A stretch of 64,000 nucleotides of DNA from Nemertoderma westbladi. Lineage: Eukaryota; Animalia; Xenacoelomorpha. This document shows positions 1-11,216 of this stretch, in pieces. How positions within the stretch are numbered: the stretch's first letter is position 1; each line of letters opens with the position of its first letter. The translations under genes and the position numbers were made by a program. Below the pieces are notes generated by a model. It was not told the origin of the DNA. It did no database searches and was given only the letters and a program-made list of their open reading frames with translations. The stretch is from NCBI GenBank assembly GCA_032718475.1, contig JAUCBJ010006820.1, positions 1 to 64,000 on the forward strand, given 5' to 3'.

Positions 1-93
1 CTCGACGTTAACAACGTTCCCTTCAGTATGAATAACCATTAGTGCGATGTGGAACCAATAAATGAGAACAATTGAGACAAGTCTGTGTTGCAT
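1..93 (-). CDS. Possible first coding exon of a secreted protein (runs off the window edge)
   Basis: Minus strand reads ACC-ATG then MQHRLVSIVLIYWFHIALMVIHTEGNVVNVE, which is signal-peptide-like and open to the window end. A TTATAG acceptor lies at 114-115. No homology recognised. Confidence 0.3.
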   Translation of the reverse strand, partial: MQHRLVSIVLIYWFHIALMVIHTEGNVVNVE

Positions 94-184
94 GGTTGGA
101 GTTTACAATAAACCTATAAGAAAATCAAATAATTATCTAAGTATGTTGGCGTATAATGATTAACAAGAAGTGACACAATAAGAG

Positions 185-1565
185 CTCATTTCTGCTCATT
201 ATTGCTCATTGCTGCTCATTGCTGCTTCTTGTTACTCATTGCTGGTCATTACGGCTCTTTGTTGCTCATTATTCTTGCACGTTGCAACTCATTGTTACTC
301 ATGGTTTCTCATTCGAGTTCTTGCTCGTTGTTACTCACGGTTTCGCATTCGAGTTGTTGCTCGTTGTTACTCATTATTATTGCTCAATGTTGCTCGTTGT
401 TATTTATGGTTTCTCATTCGAGTTTTTGCTCATTATTCTTGCTCATTGTTGCTCGTTGTTACTCACGGTTTCTCATTCGAGTTCTTGCTCGTTGTTGCTC
501 GTTGTTACTCACGGTTTCTCATTCGAGTTCTTGCTCGTTGTTGCTCGTTGTTACTCACGGTTTCTCATTCGAGTTCTTGCTCGTTGTTGCTCGTTGTTAC
601 TCACGGTTTCTCATTCGAGTTCTTGCTCGTTGTTGCTCGTTGTTTCTCATTCGAGTTCTTGCTCGTTGTTGCTCATTATTCTTGCTCATTGTTGCTCGTT
701 GTTACTCACGGTTTCTCATTCGAGTTCTTGCTCGTTGTTGCTCGTTGTTACTCACGGTTTCTCATTCGAGTTCTTGCTCGTTGTTGCTCGTTGTTACTCA
801 CGGTTTCTCATTCGAGTTGTTGCTCCGTTGTTGCTCGTTGTTTCTCATTCGAGTTCTTGCTCGTTGTTGCTCATTATTCTTGCTCATTGTTGCTCGTTGT
901 TGCTCGTTGTTACTCACGGTTTCTCATTCGAGTTCTTGCTCGTTGTTGCTCGTTGTTTCTCATTCGAGTTCTTGCTCGTTGTTGCTCATTATTCTTGCTC
1001 ATTGTTGCTCGTTGTTGCTCGTTGTTACTCACGGTTTCTCATTCGAGTTCTTGCTCGTTGTTGCTCGTTGTTTCTCATTCGAGTTCTTGCTCGTTGTTGC
1101 TCATTATTCTTGCTCATTGTTGCTCGTTGTTACTCACGGTTTCTCATTCGAGTTCTTGCTCGTTGTTGCTCGTTGTTACTCACGGTTTCTCATTCGAGTT
1201 CTTGCTCGTTGTTGCTCGTTGTTACTCACGGTTTCTCATTCGAGTTGTTGCTCGTTGTTACTCATTATTATTGCTCATTGTTGCTCGTTGTTACTCACGG
1301 TTTCTCATTCGAGTTCTTGCTCGTTGTTACTCATTATTATTGCTCATTGTTGCTCGTTGTTACTCACGGTTTCTCATTCGAGTTGTTGCTCGTTGTTACT
1401 CATTATTATTGCTCATTGTTGCTCGTTGTTACTCACGGTTTCTCATTCGAGTTCTTGCTCGTTGCTGCTCATTATTCTTGCTTGTTGTTACTCATTGTTG
1501 CTCATGATTTTTCATTTTTCTCGGGTATTGATTGCTAATACTTATTCTTTCTCGTTGTTGCTCAC
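185..1565. repeat. Complex minisatellite of 10-16 bp subunits
   Basis: Shuffled GCTCGTTGTT, ACTCACGGTT, TCTCATTCGAGTTCTT and GCTCATTATTCTT units. This explains the three overlapping plus-strand ORFs. Confidence 0.95.
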
Positions 1566-2403
1566 TATCGCCGGTTACATAGAGTGCAAATTTTTCAAAT
1601 CTGTCACGCATTCAAGAAACCTACAGTAGTACAATTTAAAGTGGAAATTTCATAACTATTACCGCATTTATTATTCATACAGTAGTGCGTGTAGCGTAAA
1701 GCAGCGCAAACAAAAGTTTAAGATAATGCATTGATTTCTTATTGACTGCACAATCACGAAAATTGGTTGTAATTGAAATTCAAAAATATAAACGTGTCAA
1801 ATTTCATGGGGCATACTACTATAACCTATCTAATATATTATATATCTCAAACTCAATGTGTATTCATTCAGCTGCCACGGGTTTCACTATAAACTCTGCT
1901 ATGAACCTAAATGTAATAACAGGAATGAATCGTGTTCATGTAAACTCCGTGGGAACCAGTGCACCCTTCTACACGCGCTTGAATGCAACAAAATTAAATC
2001 CTTGAAAGACCTTGGCAGCCTGTAACTTTATTATTACAATTTATTTACTTATTTATTTATTTTAATCATCTATATTTTACATACACCGAAAGGTGAAAGT
2101 AAATGTATTTACCTAATTAATTTTAATAAATAAAATTCACCCGTTATCAGAAATGTGTATATAAAATCATTAGCAGTAACATTGTAATTTTAACATTTCC
2201 TCACCTGAATGTGCGTTGTCTTTGGTGTGACCTGATTTCAGTATTTGTGGAAATTAATATTTATTTAATTTCGAAATTAATTTCTACAATTAACTTTTTA
2301 CTATTTCCAACGTGATCCGCCACTCTAATTAATTATTTCTTCTTGAAATACTTTATGTACCTGTACTTAGCAATGTGCGAAATAGTGCAACTTCAATGAA
2401 TGA

Positions 2404-2550
2404 CCAATGGAAGCTATTCGTTTAGTTAAGTGTTAAACCAATCACAATCGAGAATTAACAGGAGGCATATTCCCAATCCTTACTTACACTTACTAGGAAC
2501 ACCAATTGCATTGGCGCCAATGATTGGTTAGTGAGCTACTTTTTGATTGG
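2404..2550. promoter_or_regulatory. CCAAT-box cluster, candidate promoter of the minus-strand gene at the left edge
   Basis: About eight CCAAT/ATTGG motifs in ~150 bp (2404, 2438, 2473, 2502, 2510, 2517, 2523, 2546). A CAG|GTGAG donor lies on the minus strand at 2204. Confidence 0.4.
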
Positions 2551-2670
2551 ACCTTAACATAACATCGTGCAAAAAATGGAGAAAGGGGTCGCACTAGCAA
2601 AATGATTAATTTATCAGTTAGCACAATTTTCTTGTGCCAGTTGGCATTGTCACAGAAACGTTGTAAGTAA

Positions 2671-2910
2671 TGGAGAAAATGGGCGAGATGATGTAGGGGT
2701 TACTCTGGGGAGAAAATGGGCGAGATGATGTAGGGGTTACTCTGGGGAGAAAATGGGCGAGATGATGTAGGGGTTACTCTGGGGAGAAAATGGGCGAGAT
2801 GATGTAGGGGTTACTCTGGGGAGAAAATGGGCGAGATGATGTAGGGGTTACTCTGGGGAGAAAATGGGCGAGATGATGTAGGGGCGAGATGATGTAGGGG
2901 TTACTCTGGG
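2671..2910. repeat. 37-bp tandem repeat, ~6 copies
   Basis: GGGGAGAAAATGGGCGAGATGATGTAGGGGTTACTCT recurring with period 37. Confidence 0.95.
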
Positions 2911-3384
2911 TGAAATTAAATTTATCCATCTCGAGGGAAAAATCGATGCAAATTATGATTACCATTACAAATAAAACGGTGAACTTGTTGGACTTCTTGT
3001 TTGGTGGACTTTCGTTTATTTTGTTTTGGTTAGAATAACGCGTCAACTAACATGTTCCTTGATTTAACATTGTTAGCTCGCCGTGACGATATAATTAGCA
3101 GAGATGGTATTTGCGTCAGTGAACAGTGAACGACGGAAGGTTGATAATAAAAACATAGCGAAAATAATCTGGAGGACGAAATATATTGAGTAAAAATATT
3201 GAATATTAATTCAAAATAGCATCGGTTGCCATAACAACTAATTAATTTCACGAAAGAAGAATTAAATGAAATAATTAATGATTTGTCCCTAACATGTATT
3301 GATAATTGATGATGTTTAAAAATTGCACGACATAATAAAATATATTCTAACTAAAATGGAGGATATAATTTCATAATTGAATTA

Positions 3385-6300
3385 CCCCTCTCTCTATTTA
3401 TTCCCCCTCTCCCTATTTATTCCCCCTTCTCCCTGTTTATTCCCCCTCTCCCTATTTATTTCCCCCTCTCCCTATTTATTCCCCCTCTCCCTATCTATTT
3501 CCCCCTCTCCCTATCTATTCCCCCCTCTCCCTATTTATTCCCCCTCTCCCTATTTATTTCCCCCTCTCCCTATTTATTTCCCCCTCTCCCTATTTATTCC
3601 CCCTCTCCCTATTTATTTCCCCCTTTCCCTATTTATTTCCCCCTCTCCTTATTTATTCCCCCTCTCCCTATTTATTTCCCCCTCTCCCTATTTATTTCCC
3701 CCTCTCCCTATTTATTCCCCCTATCCCTATTTATTCCCCCTCTCCCTATTTATTCCCCCCTCTGCCTATTTATTTCCCCCTCTCCCTATTTATTTCCCCC
3801 TCCCCCTATTTATTTCCCCCTCTCGCTGTTTATTCCCCCTCTCCCTGTTTATTTCCCCTCTCCCTATTTATTCCCCCCTCTCCCTGTTTATTTCCCCCTC
3901 TCCCTATTTATTTCCCCCTCCCCCTATTTATTTCCCCCTCTCCCTATTTATTTCCCCCTCCCCCTATTTATTTCCCCCTCTCCCTGTTTATTCCCCCTCT
4001 CCCTGTTTATTTCCCCTCTCCCTATTTATTCCCCCCTCTCCCTGTTTATTTCCCCCTATCCCTATTTATTCCCCCTCTCCCTATTTATTCCCCCCTCTGC
4101 CTATTTATTTCCCCCTCTCCCTATTTATTTCCCCCTCCCCCTATTTATTTCCCCCTCTCCCTGTTTATTCCCCCTCTCCCTGTTTATTTCCCCTCTCCCT
4201 ATTTATTTCCCCCTCTCCCTATTTATTTCCCCCTCTCCCTATTTATTCCCCCTCTCCCTATTTATTCCCCCTCTCCCTATTTATTCCCCCCTCTCCCTAT
4301 TTATTTCCCCCTCTCCCTATTTATTCCCCCTCTCCCTATTTATTCCCCCTCTCCCTATTTATTCCCCCTCTCCCTGTTTATTTCCCCTCTCCCTATTTAT
4401 TCCCCCTCTCCCTATTTATTCCCCCTCTCCCTATTTATTTCCCCTCTCCCTATTTATTTCCCCCTATCCCTATTTATTTCCCCCTCTCCCTATTTATTTC
4501 CCCCTCTCCCTATTTATTCCCCCTCTCCCTGTTTATTTCCCCTCTCCCTATTTATTCCCCCTCCCCCTATTTATTCCCCCCTTTCCCTATTTATTTCCCC
4601 TCCCCCTATTTATTTCCCCCTCTCCCTATTTATTCCCCCCTCTCCCTATTTATTCCCCCTCTCCCTGTTTATTTCCCCTCTCCCTATTTATTCCCCCCTC
4701 TCCCTGTTTATTTCCCCCTCTCCCTGTTTATTCCCCCTCTCCCTGTTTATTTCCCCTCTCCCTATTTATTTCCCCCTCTCCCTATTTATTTCCCCCTCTC
4801 CCTATTTATTCCCCCTCTCCCTATTTATTCCCCCTCTCCCTATTTATTCCCCCTCTCCCTATTTATTCCCCCCTCTCCCTGTTTATTTCCCCTCTCCCTA
4901 TTTATTCCCCCTCTCCCTATTTATTCCCCCTCTCCCTATTTATTTCCCCTCTCCCTATTTATTCCCCCTCTCCCTATTTTATTCCCCCTCTCCCTGTTTG
5001 TTTCCCCTCTCCCTATTTATTCCCCCTCCCCCTATTTATTCCCCCCTTTCCCTATTTATTTCCCCTACCCCTATTTATTCCCCCCTCTCCCTATCTATTT
5101 CCCCTCCCCCTATTTATTTCCCCCTCTCCCTATTTATTCCCCCTCTCCCTATTTATTCCCCCTCTCCCTATTTATTCCCCCTCTCCCTATTTATTCCCCC
5201 CTCTCCCTGTTTATTTCCCCCTCTTCCTATTTATTCCCCCCACTCCCTATTTATTCCCCCTCTCCCTATTTTATTCCCCCTCTCCCTGTTTGTTTCCCCT
5301 CTCCCTATTTATTCCCCCTCCCCCTATTTATTCCCCCCTTTCCCTATTTATTTCCCCTCCCCCTATTTATTTCCCCCTCTCCCTATTTATTCCCCCCTCT
5401 CCCTATTTATTCCCCCTCTCCCTGTTTATTTCCCCTCTCCCTATTTATTCCCCCCTCTCCCTGTTTATTTCCCCCTCTCCCTGTTTATTCCCCCTCTCCC
5501 TGTTTATTTCCCCTCTCCCTATTTATTTCCCCCTCTCCCTATTTATTTCCCCCTCTCCCTATTTATTCCCCCTCTCCCTATTTATTCCCCCTCTCCCTAT
5601 TTATTCCCCCTCTCCCTATTTATTCCCCCCTCTCCCTGTTTATTCCCCCTCTCCCTATTTATTCCCCCCTCTCCCTGTTTATTTCCCCCTCTTCCTATTT
5701 ATTCCCCCCACTCCCTATTTATTCCCCCTCTCCCTATTTTATTCCCCCTCTCCCTGTTTGTTTCCCCTCTCCCTATTTATTCCCCCTCCCCCTATTTATT
5801 CCCCCCTTTCCCTATTTATTTCCCCTACCCCTATTTATTCCCCCCTCTCCCTATCTATTTCCCCTCCCCCTATTTATTTCCCCCTCTCCCTATTTATTCC
5901 CCCTCTCCCTATTTATTCCCCCTCTCCCTATTTATTCCCCCTCTCCCTATTTATTCCCCCCTCTCCCTGTTTATTTCCCCCTCTTCCTATTTATTCCCCC
6001 CACTCCCTATTTATTCCCCCTCTCCCTATTTTATTCCCCCTCTCCCTGTTTGTTTCCCCTCTCCCTATTTATTCCCCCTCCCCCTATTTATTCCCCCCTT
6101 TCCCTATTTATTTCCCCTACCCCTATTTATTCCCCCCTCTCCCTATCTATTTCCCCTCCCCCTATTTATTTCCCCCTCTCCCTGTTTGTTTCCCCTCTCC
6201 CTATTTATTCCCCCTCCCCCTATTTATTCCCCCCTTTCCCTATTTATTTCCCCTACCCCTATTTATTCCCCCCTCTCCCTATCTATTTCCCCTCCCCCTA

Positions 6301-7941
6301 TTTATTTCCCCCTCTCCCTATTTATTCCCCCTCTCCCTATTTATTCCCCCTCTCCCTATTTATTCCCCCTCTCCCTATTTATTCCCTCCTCTCCCTATTT
6401 ATTCCCCCTCTCCCTATTTATTCCCCCTCTCCCTATTTATTCCCCCTCTCCCTATTTATTCCCTCTCTCCCTATTTATTCCCCCTCTCCCTATTTATTTC
6501 CCCCTCTCCCTATCTATTTCCCCCCTCTCCCTATCTATTCCCCCCTCTCCCTATTTATTCCCCCTCTCCCTATTTATTTCCCCCTCCCCCTATTTATTCC
6601 CCCCTCTCCCAATTTATTTCCCCCTTTCCCTATTTATTTCCCCCTCTCCCTATTTATTTCCCCCTCCCCCTATTTATTTCCCCCTCTCCCTATTTATTTC
6701 CCCCTCTCCCTATCTATTTCCCCCTCTCCCTATCTATTTCCCCCTCTCCCTATCTATTCCCCCTCTCCCTATTTATTCCCCCTCTCCCTATTTATTTCCC
6801 CTCCCCCTATTTATTTCCCCCTCTCCCTATCTATTTCCCCCTCTCCCTATCTATTCCCCCCTCTCCCTATTTATTCCCCCTCTCCCTATTTATTTCCCCT
6901 CCCCCTATTTATTTCCCCCTCTCCCTATTTATTTCCCCCTCTCCCTATCTATTTCCCCCTCTCCCTATCTATTTCCCCCTCTCCCTATCTATTCCCCCCT
7001 CTCCCTATTTATTCCCCCTCTCCCTATTTATTCCCCCTCTCCCTATTTATTTCCCCTCTCCCTATTTATTCCCCCTCTCCCTATTTATTCCCCCTCTCCC
7101 TATTTATTCCCTCTCTCCCTATTTATTCCCCCTCTCCCTATCTATTCCCCCCTCTCCCTATTTATTCCCCCTCTCCCTATTTATTCCCCCTCTCCCTATT
7201 TATTTCCCCTCCCCCTATTTATTTCCCCCTCTCCCTATCTATTCCCCCTCTCCCTATTTATTCCCCCCTCTCCCTATTTATTCCCCCTCTCCCTATTTAT
7301 TCCCCCTCTCCCTATTTATTCCCCCTCTCCCTATTTATTCCCCCTCTCCCTATTTATTCCCTCTCTCCCTATTTATTCCCCCTCTCCCTGTTTATTTCCC
7401 CTCTCCCTATTTATTTCCCCCTCTCCCTATCTATTTCCCCCTCTCCCTATCTATTCCCCCTCTCCCTATTTATTCCCCCTCTCCCTATTTATTTCCCCCT
7501 CCCCCTATTTATTTCCCCCTCTCCCTATTTATTTCCCCCTCTCCCTATTTATTTCCCCCTCTCCCTATCTATTCCCCCCTCTCCCTATTTATTTCCCCCT
7601 CTCCCTATTTATTCCCCCTCTCCCTATTTATTTCCCCCTCTCCCTATCTATTTCCCCCTCTCCCTATCTATTTCCCCCTCTCCCTATCTATTCCCCCTCT
7701 CCCTATTTATTCCCCCTCTCCCTATTTATTTCCCCTCCCCCTATTTATTTCCCCCTCTCCCTATCTATTTCCCCCTCTCCCTATCTATTCCCCCTCTCCC
7801 TATGTATTCCCCCTCTCCCTATTTATTTCCCCCTCCCCCTATTTATTTCCCCTCCCCCTATTTATTTCCCCTTATCCCTATTTATTTCCCCCTCTCCCTG
7901 TTTATTCCCCCTTTCCCTATTTATTTCCCCCTCTCCCCTCT
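3385..7941. repeat. ~4.5-kb purine/pyrimidine-skewed satellite with a 19-21 bp unit
   Basis: CCCCCTCTCCCTATTTATT(T) repeated roughly 225 times. It is the source of the spurious Pro/Leu/Phe ORFs. Confidence 0.97.
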
Positions 7942-7946
7942 CGTAA

Positions 7947-8245
7947 TCAGAGAACTAATCCGTTACTAAATTCACCAACATCAGTTTCATCGACACATTT
8001 TAAGTCTGAATCTGTCAGTCGATTGGTCGCAAGTATATGCGACAAGTAACTCTGATATTGTTCCGTATCCAAAATGAACGAGGGAACTTTAGACCACGAT
8101 CGAGGCGTCGCATGCTTCCGCAGACGTTCGACATCCTGGTATGATATTTTACCCATATTGTATAAGGCTATAAAATCAATCCGTTTTCGGTTCTTCAGAA
8201 TTTGCAGAGCGCCTCTCAAGTATACTTGATCTTTGCTAAAGCAGC
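7947..8245 (-). CDS. MATCAP: MATCAP/KIAA0895-family metallocarboxypeptidase, last exon
   Basis: AG acceptor at 8247-8246, then (G)CFSKDQVYLRGALQILKNRKRIDFIALYNMGKISYQDVERL...TGA, matching the family motif GCFSKDQVYL. Confidence 0.88.
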
Positions 8246-8351
8246 CTAAGGAGCAAAAGTTTACCTTTACAAAGTCGAAAATAAAATATGTTAACGAAGT
8301 TAAAGATACGTACAGTTCTACGGATTGAATCGTTTAAGGAGTCCGACCCAC

Positions 8352-8502
8352 CTGGTTTCGATGTGTCAGACATTCCGCGTTTAGCGCGCAGACAGTAGTA
8401 CCATCGAATATCTTTATCTTCTACGAACTTCCCGAGATGATGAAAGAGTTCAAGGAATGAGAGTTTGTTCGCCATACATGATGTATAATACAACATTGCT
8501 AT
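8352..8502 (-). CDS. MATCAP: MATCAP-family exon
   Basis: Polypyrimidine-AG acceptor; IAMLYYTSCMANKLSFLELFHHLGKFVEDKDIRWYYCLRAKRGMSDTSKP; G|GTGGGT donor. Phases match both neighbours. Confidence 0.88.
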
Positions 8503-8739
8503 CTGAAAAAAAAAATAATTGACGTGACACTAATATTAGCGGTAGTAAGGGTAAGGCCTCATTCACATTGGGGGTGGGTCTAAATTATTGTACGTTACCG
8601 GTACCGGTACCGGTAGTCATAGGTTTGAAGCCATCTTGAAGAATCTGTATCAAATCTGCCCAAAAGCTCAATTGAAGATAAATTGTTACGCGTCCACATA
8701 AATAGCATGAGGATAGTGGTTGGTTTAGACCTTAGACTC

Positions 8740-8868
8740 CCACGGCTGGAGGCCGATTCTGCGCCGATCATGGAGTGATCAACCACGGCTGGAGGCCGAT
8801 TCTGCGCCGATCATGGAGTGATCAACCACGGCTGGAGGCCGATTCTGCGCCGATCATGGGGTGATCAA
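8740..8868. repeat. Intronic 43-bp tandem repeat x3
   Basis: CCACGGCTGGAGGCCGATTCTGCGCCGATCATGGAGTGATCAA at 8740, 8783 and 8826. Confidence 0.95.
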
Positions 8869-9121
8869 AAGGAAGAATGAGTTTTTGTGGTCGAAATCAC
8901 ATATTCCGAATGGGGCAATTATTTAGGCCTACACAACAAGGACTATCTCATGTATTGAAATATTAGTTTGGGGGAGGGGGGGGGGGGGGTGGTGGGGGGG
9001 GGGGGGGCTGGTTTCTACCCATGTGGATATTGTTTTGTGATGATGATGACCCTGAAAATCACTAAAACAATCAGCATAGAAAGTAGTAGAACAACTTGTA
9101 AGATGGTAGGTTACCACCTAC

Positions 9122-9276
9122 CTGGAATAGATGAGGGTGTTGGTTTGTTAGTATGCTGTGTAAGGCAGCCAAGCCTTCTTCGGTGGGGTTACATGGTTTC
9201 ATTTGATAGTCAGCCCGCGACATGTTGGTACTCCATGGCTGCCAGCGGTTATTTAGACTCCTCATATAATGCGTTC
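9122..9276 (-). CDS. MATCAP: MATCAP-family exon (completes HEIGTH; carries PTEEGLA)
   Basis: (G)THYMRSLNNRWQPW...NPTEEGLAALHSIL...HLFQ, with a CAG|GTAGGT donor. Confidence 0.9.
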
Positions 9277-9548
9277 CTACATTAAAATTATTTAATTATT
9301 CTGATGAGTGATTGATTGTATTTTCCATAAAAATTTGACACACAAAGTCATACTATCGTTTGATCGCTCTCGCAAACTCACTCCAATTGCGACATCTGAA
9401 GGTAATACCGGTAACAGATAGTGTAAGTTTTTTTAATGACGTTAAAAGTATCCTTGGCTAAGACATTTATTTATTTGGCTGGTGGATGTCGTCATATTTA
9501 CTGTTTAGATGAAGATATTTTGTACCGGTTGTTTGCTCTTGTTGCAGC

Positions 9549-9775
9549 AGAAACTAAGTTATTAAGAACCTAGAACCCTATTAAGAAACTAAGTTATTAA
9601 GAACCTAGAACCCTATTAAGAAACTAAGTTATTAAGAACCTAGAACCCTATTAAGAAACTAAGTTATTAAGAACCTAGAATCCTATTAAGAAACTAAGTT
9701 ATTAAGAACCTAGAACCCTATTAAGAAACTAAGTTATTAAGAACCTAGAATCCTATTAAGAAACTAAGTTATTAA
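9549..9775. repeat. Intronic 35-bp tandem repeat, ~6.5 copies
   Basis: Unit AGAAACTAAGTTATTAAGAACCTAGAACCCTATTA. Confidence 0.95.
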
Positions 9776-10059
9776 TTAGTAATTGTTCTTATGTTCTTAC
9801 TACCGATAATATCATATAAGAATAATTGTAGAACCTATTATACTGTAACCATAGTTATTATTGTATTGGTATTTTAAAATATACTTTGATTCTATTCACT
9901 TTCAAATTTTTCCATTTCGAAGTGTTGACATGGTTTTTCGAAGTGTTGGCCCATGGAATTCTAAATATAGTACTATACTCTATATTTAGTTATCCTTGGT
10001 TGACAATATCCCCTCACACAGGGCGTATGTTTCAGCTAGACAGAGAAGCAATGACTCAC

Positions 10060-10342
10060 CTATCTCGTGTCTTAACATCCCATGGAGCCAGTTTTCCTTG
10101 GTACCGTGTCCCATCTTTATGCTTAGTAGCGGACGACCATAGCTGTAGGACATGCTAGCCCGGGAGATCAGGTTCTCCGAGAGATTGAGGTCGATTTCAT
10201 TGGGGTCAATTCCTTCACGTTGGAGGTAACTCTTGACAATCTTTTTGACACGATTACGGGACAGCTGTTGTCCCATTGATATGCCCTGGTATTTTTCATA
10301 ACTTCCATGTTTACGTATAACAACATTAATTATCTTTATAGC
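10060..10342 (-). CDS. MATCAP: MATCAP-family exon (ends in LRHEI-G of the HExxxH zinc motif)
   Basis: AIKIINVVIRKHGSYEKYQ...ENWLHGMLRHEI, with a G|GTGAGT donor. Splicing to 9276 gives HEIGTH. Confidence 0.9.
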
Positions 10343-10668
10343 CTAATGCGGAAGGCAATTAATTTTATTTTATGTTAAAAACATTTAGAGCTAAAAAATG
10401 TATATAATAATTCATATTAAATTCATAATTATAAAATATAATTCATATTTCACATATTTCCCTGATATCAACTTTTTACGATTATGACACCTTGATATAT
10501 AACAATTAATAATTTTTAGGAATATTAGTCACAAAATCAGTCATTTAAAGCCGAATATTTTGCCATTGTTCTCCAATGTATTTATGTATTTTTAGGAGAC
10601 AATACCAATAAATAAAATATAAATAATAAATTAAACAAATAAAAAATTAACGCTGTTGCTAAACTAAC

Positions 10669-10823
10669 CAGATGTAAGTAAATGTCCGAAGGATTACTGA
10701 ACTGTTGTTTATAGAGCTGAAAGGGAATTGGACGGTCGTACTTAAACACTGGGTCGAAGTTTAGACTCATCAGAAATAGTTGCTTCTGGTCGATATGATT
10801 GACAGGTTGAATGGCCGATATCA
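10669..10823 (-). CDS. MATCAP: MATCAP-family exon (most 5' exon recognised; start codon not located)
   Basis: TTTCAG acceptor; ISAIQPVNHIDQKQLFLMSLNFDPVFKY...YLHL; GTTAGT donor in phase 0, matching the next exon. Confidence 0.75.
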
Positions 10824-11216
10824 CTGAAATAAATAAATGAGAAATATTATAAAGTTTTATCAAGTTTTACCTAAAGAGGATTCAATCTGGCCATGGGCTA
10901 CTTAAATCTGCCACCACTTTTCTTAACAATTAGCAATAACTATAACGCAGTAGTATTCTTATAATTATTTGTAAATTATGTTTAATATAGGCCTAATATT
11001 TGATTAAATATAAAAAAGTCTAACTAAGTTTTACCTAAAAATGTTCACTAGTTTCATAAGAGTAATTACAGTTCTGTCCGTTTTACAAACATAACAAAGT
11101 GCCACCAGTTTCGTACCGTCACAACCACAAAGTAAAATTCTGATAATGGAATTGGAATTCAGTCCAACGACACAACGATCCCCGATCATTCCCACTATGT
11201 GGAATCTTTTGTCAAA

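Noticed and set aside
202-1629. Three 430-475 aa overlapping ORFs
   Set aside because: All three plus-strand frames are open only because the minisatellite lacks stop codons on that strand.
2774-3046. 90-aa ORF with a hydrophobic stretch
   Set aside because: Non-ATG start, and about half of it is the 37-bp tandem repeat.
3377-8049. 919-1530 aa Pro/Leu/Phe-rich ORFs
   Set aside because: Translation of a pyrimidine-rich satellite in all three frames, antisense to the MATCAP 3' region.
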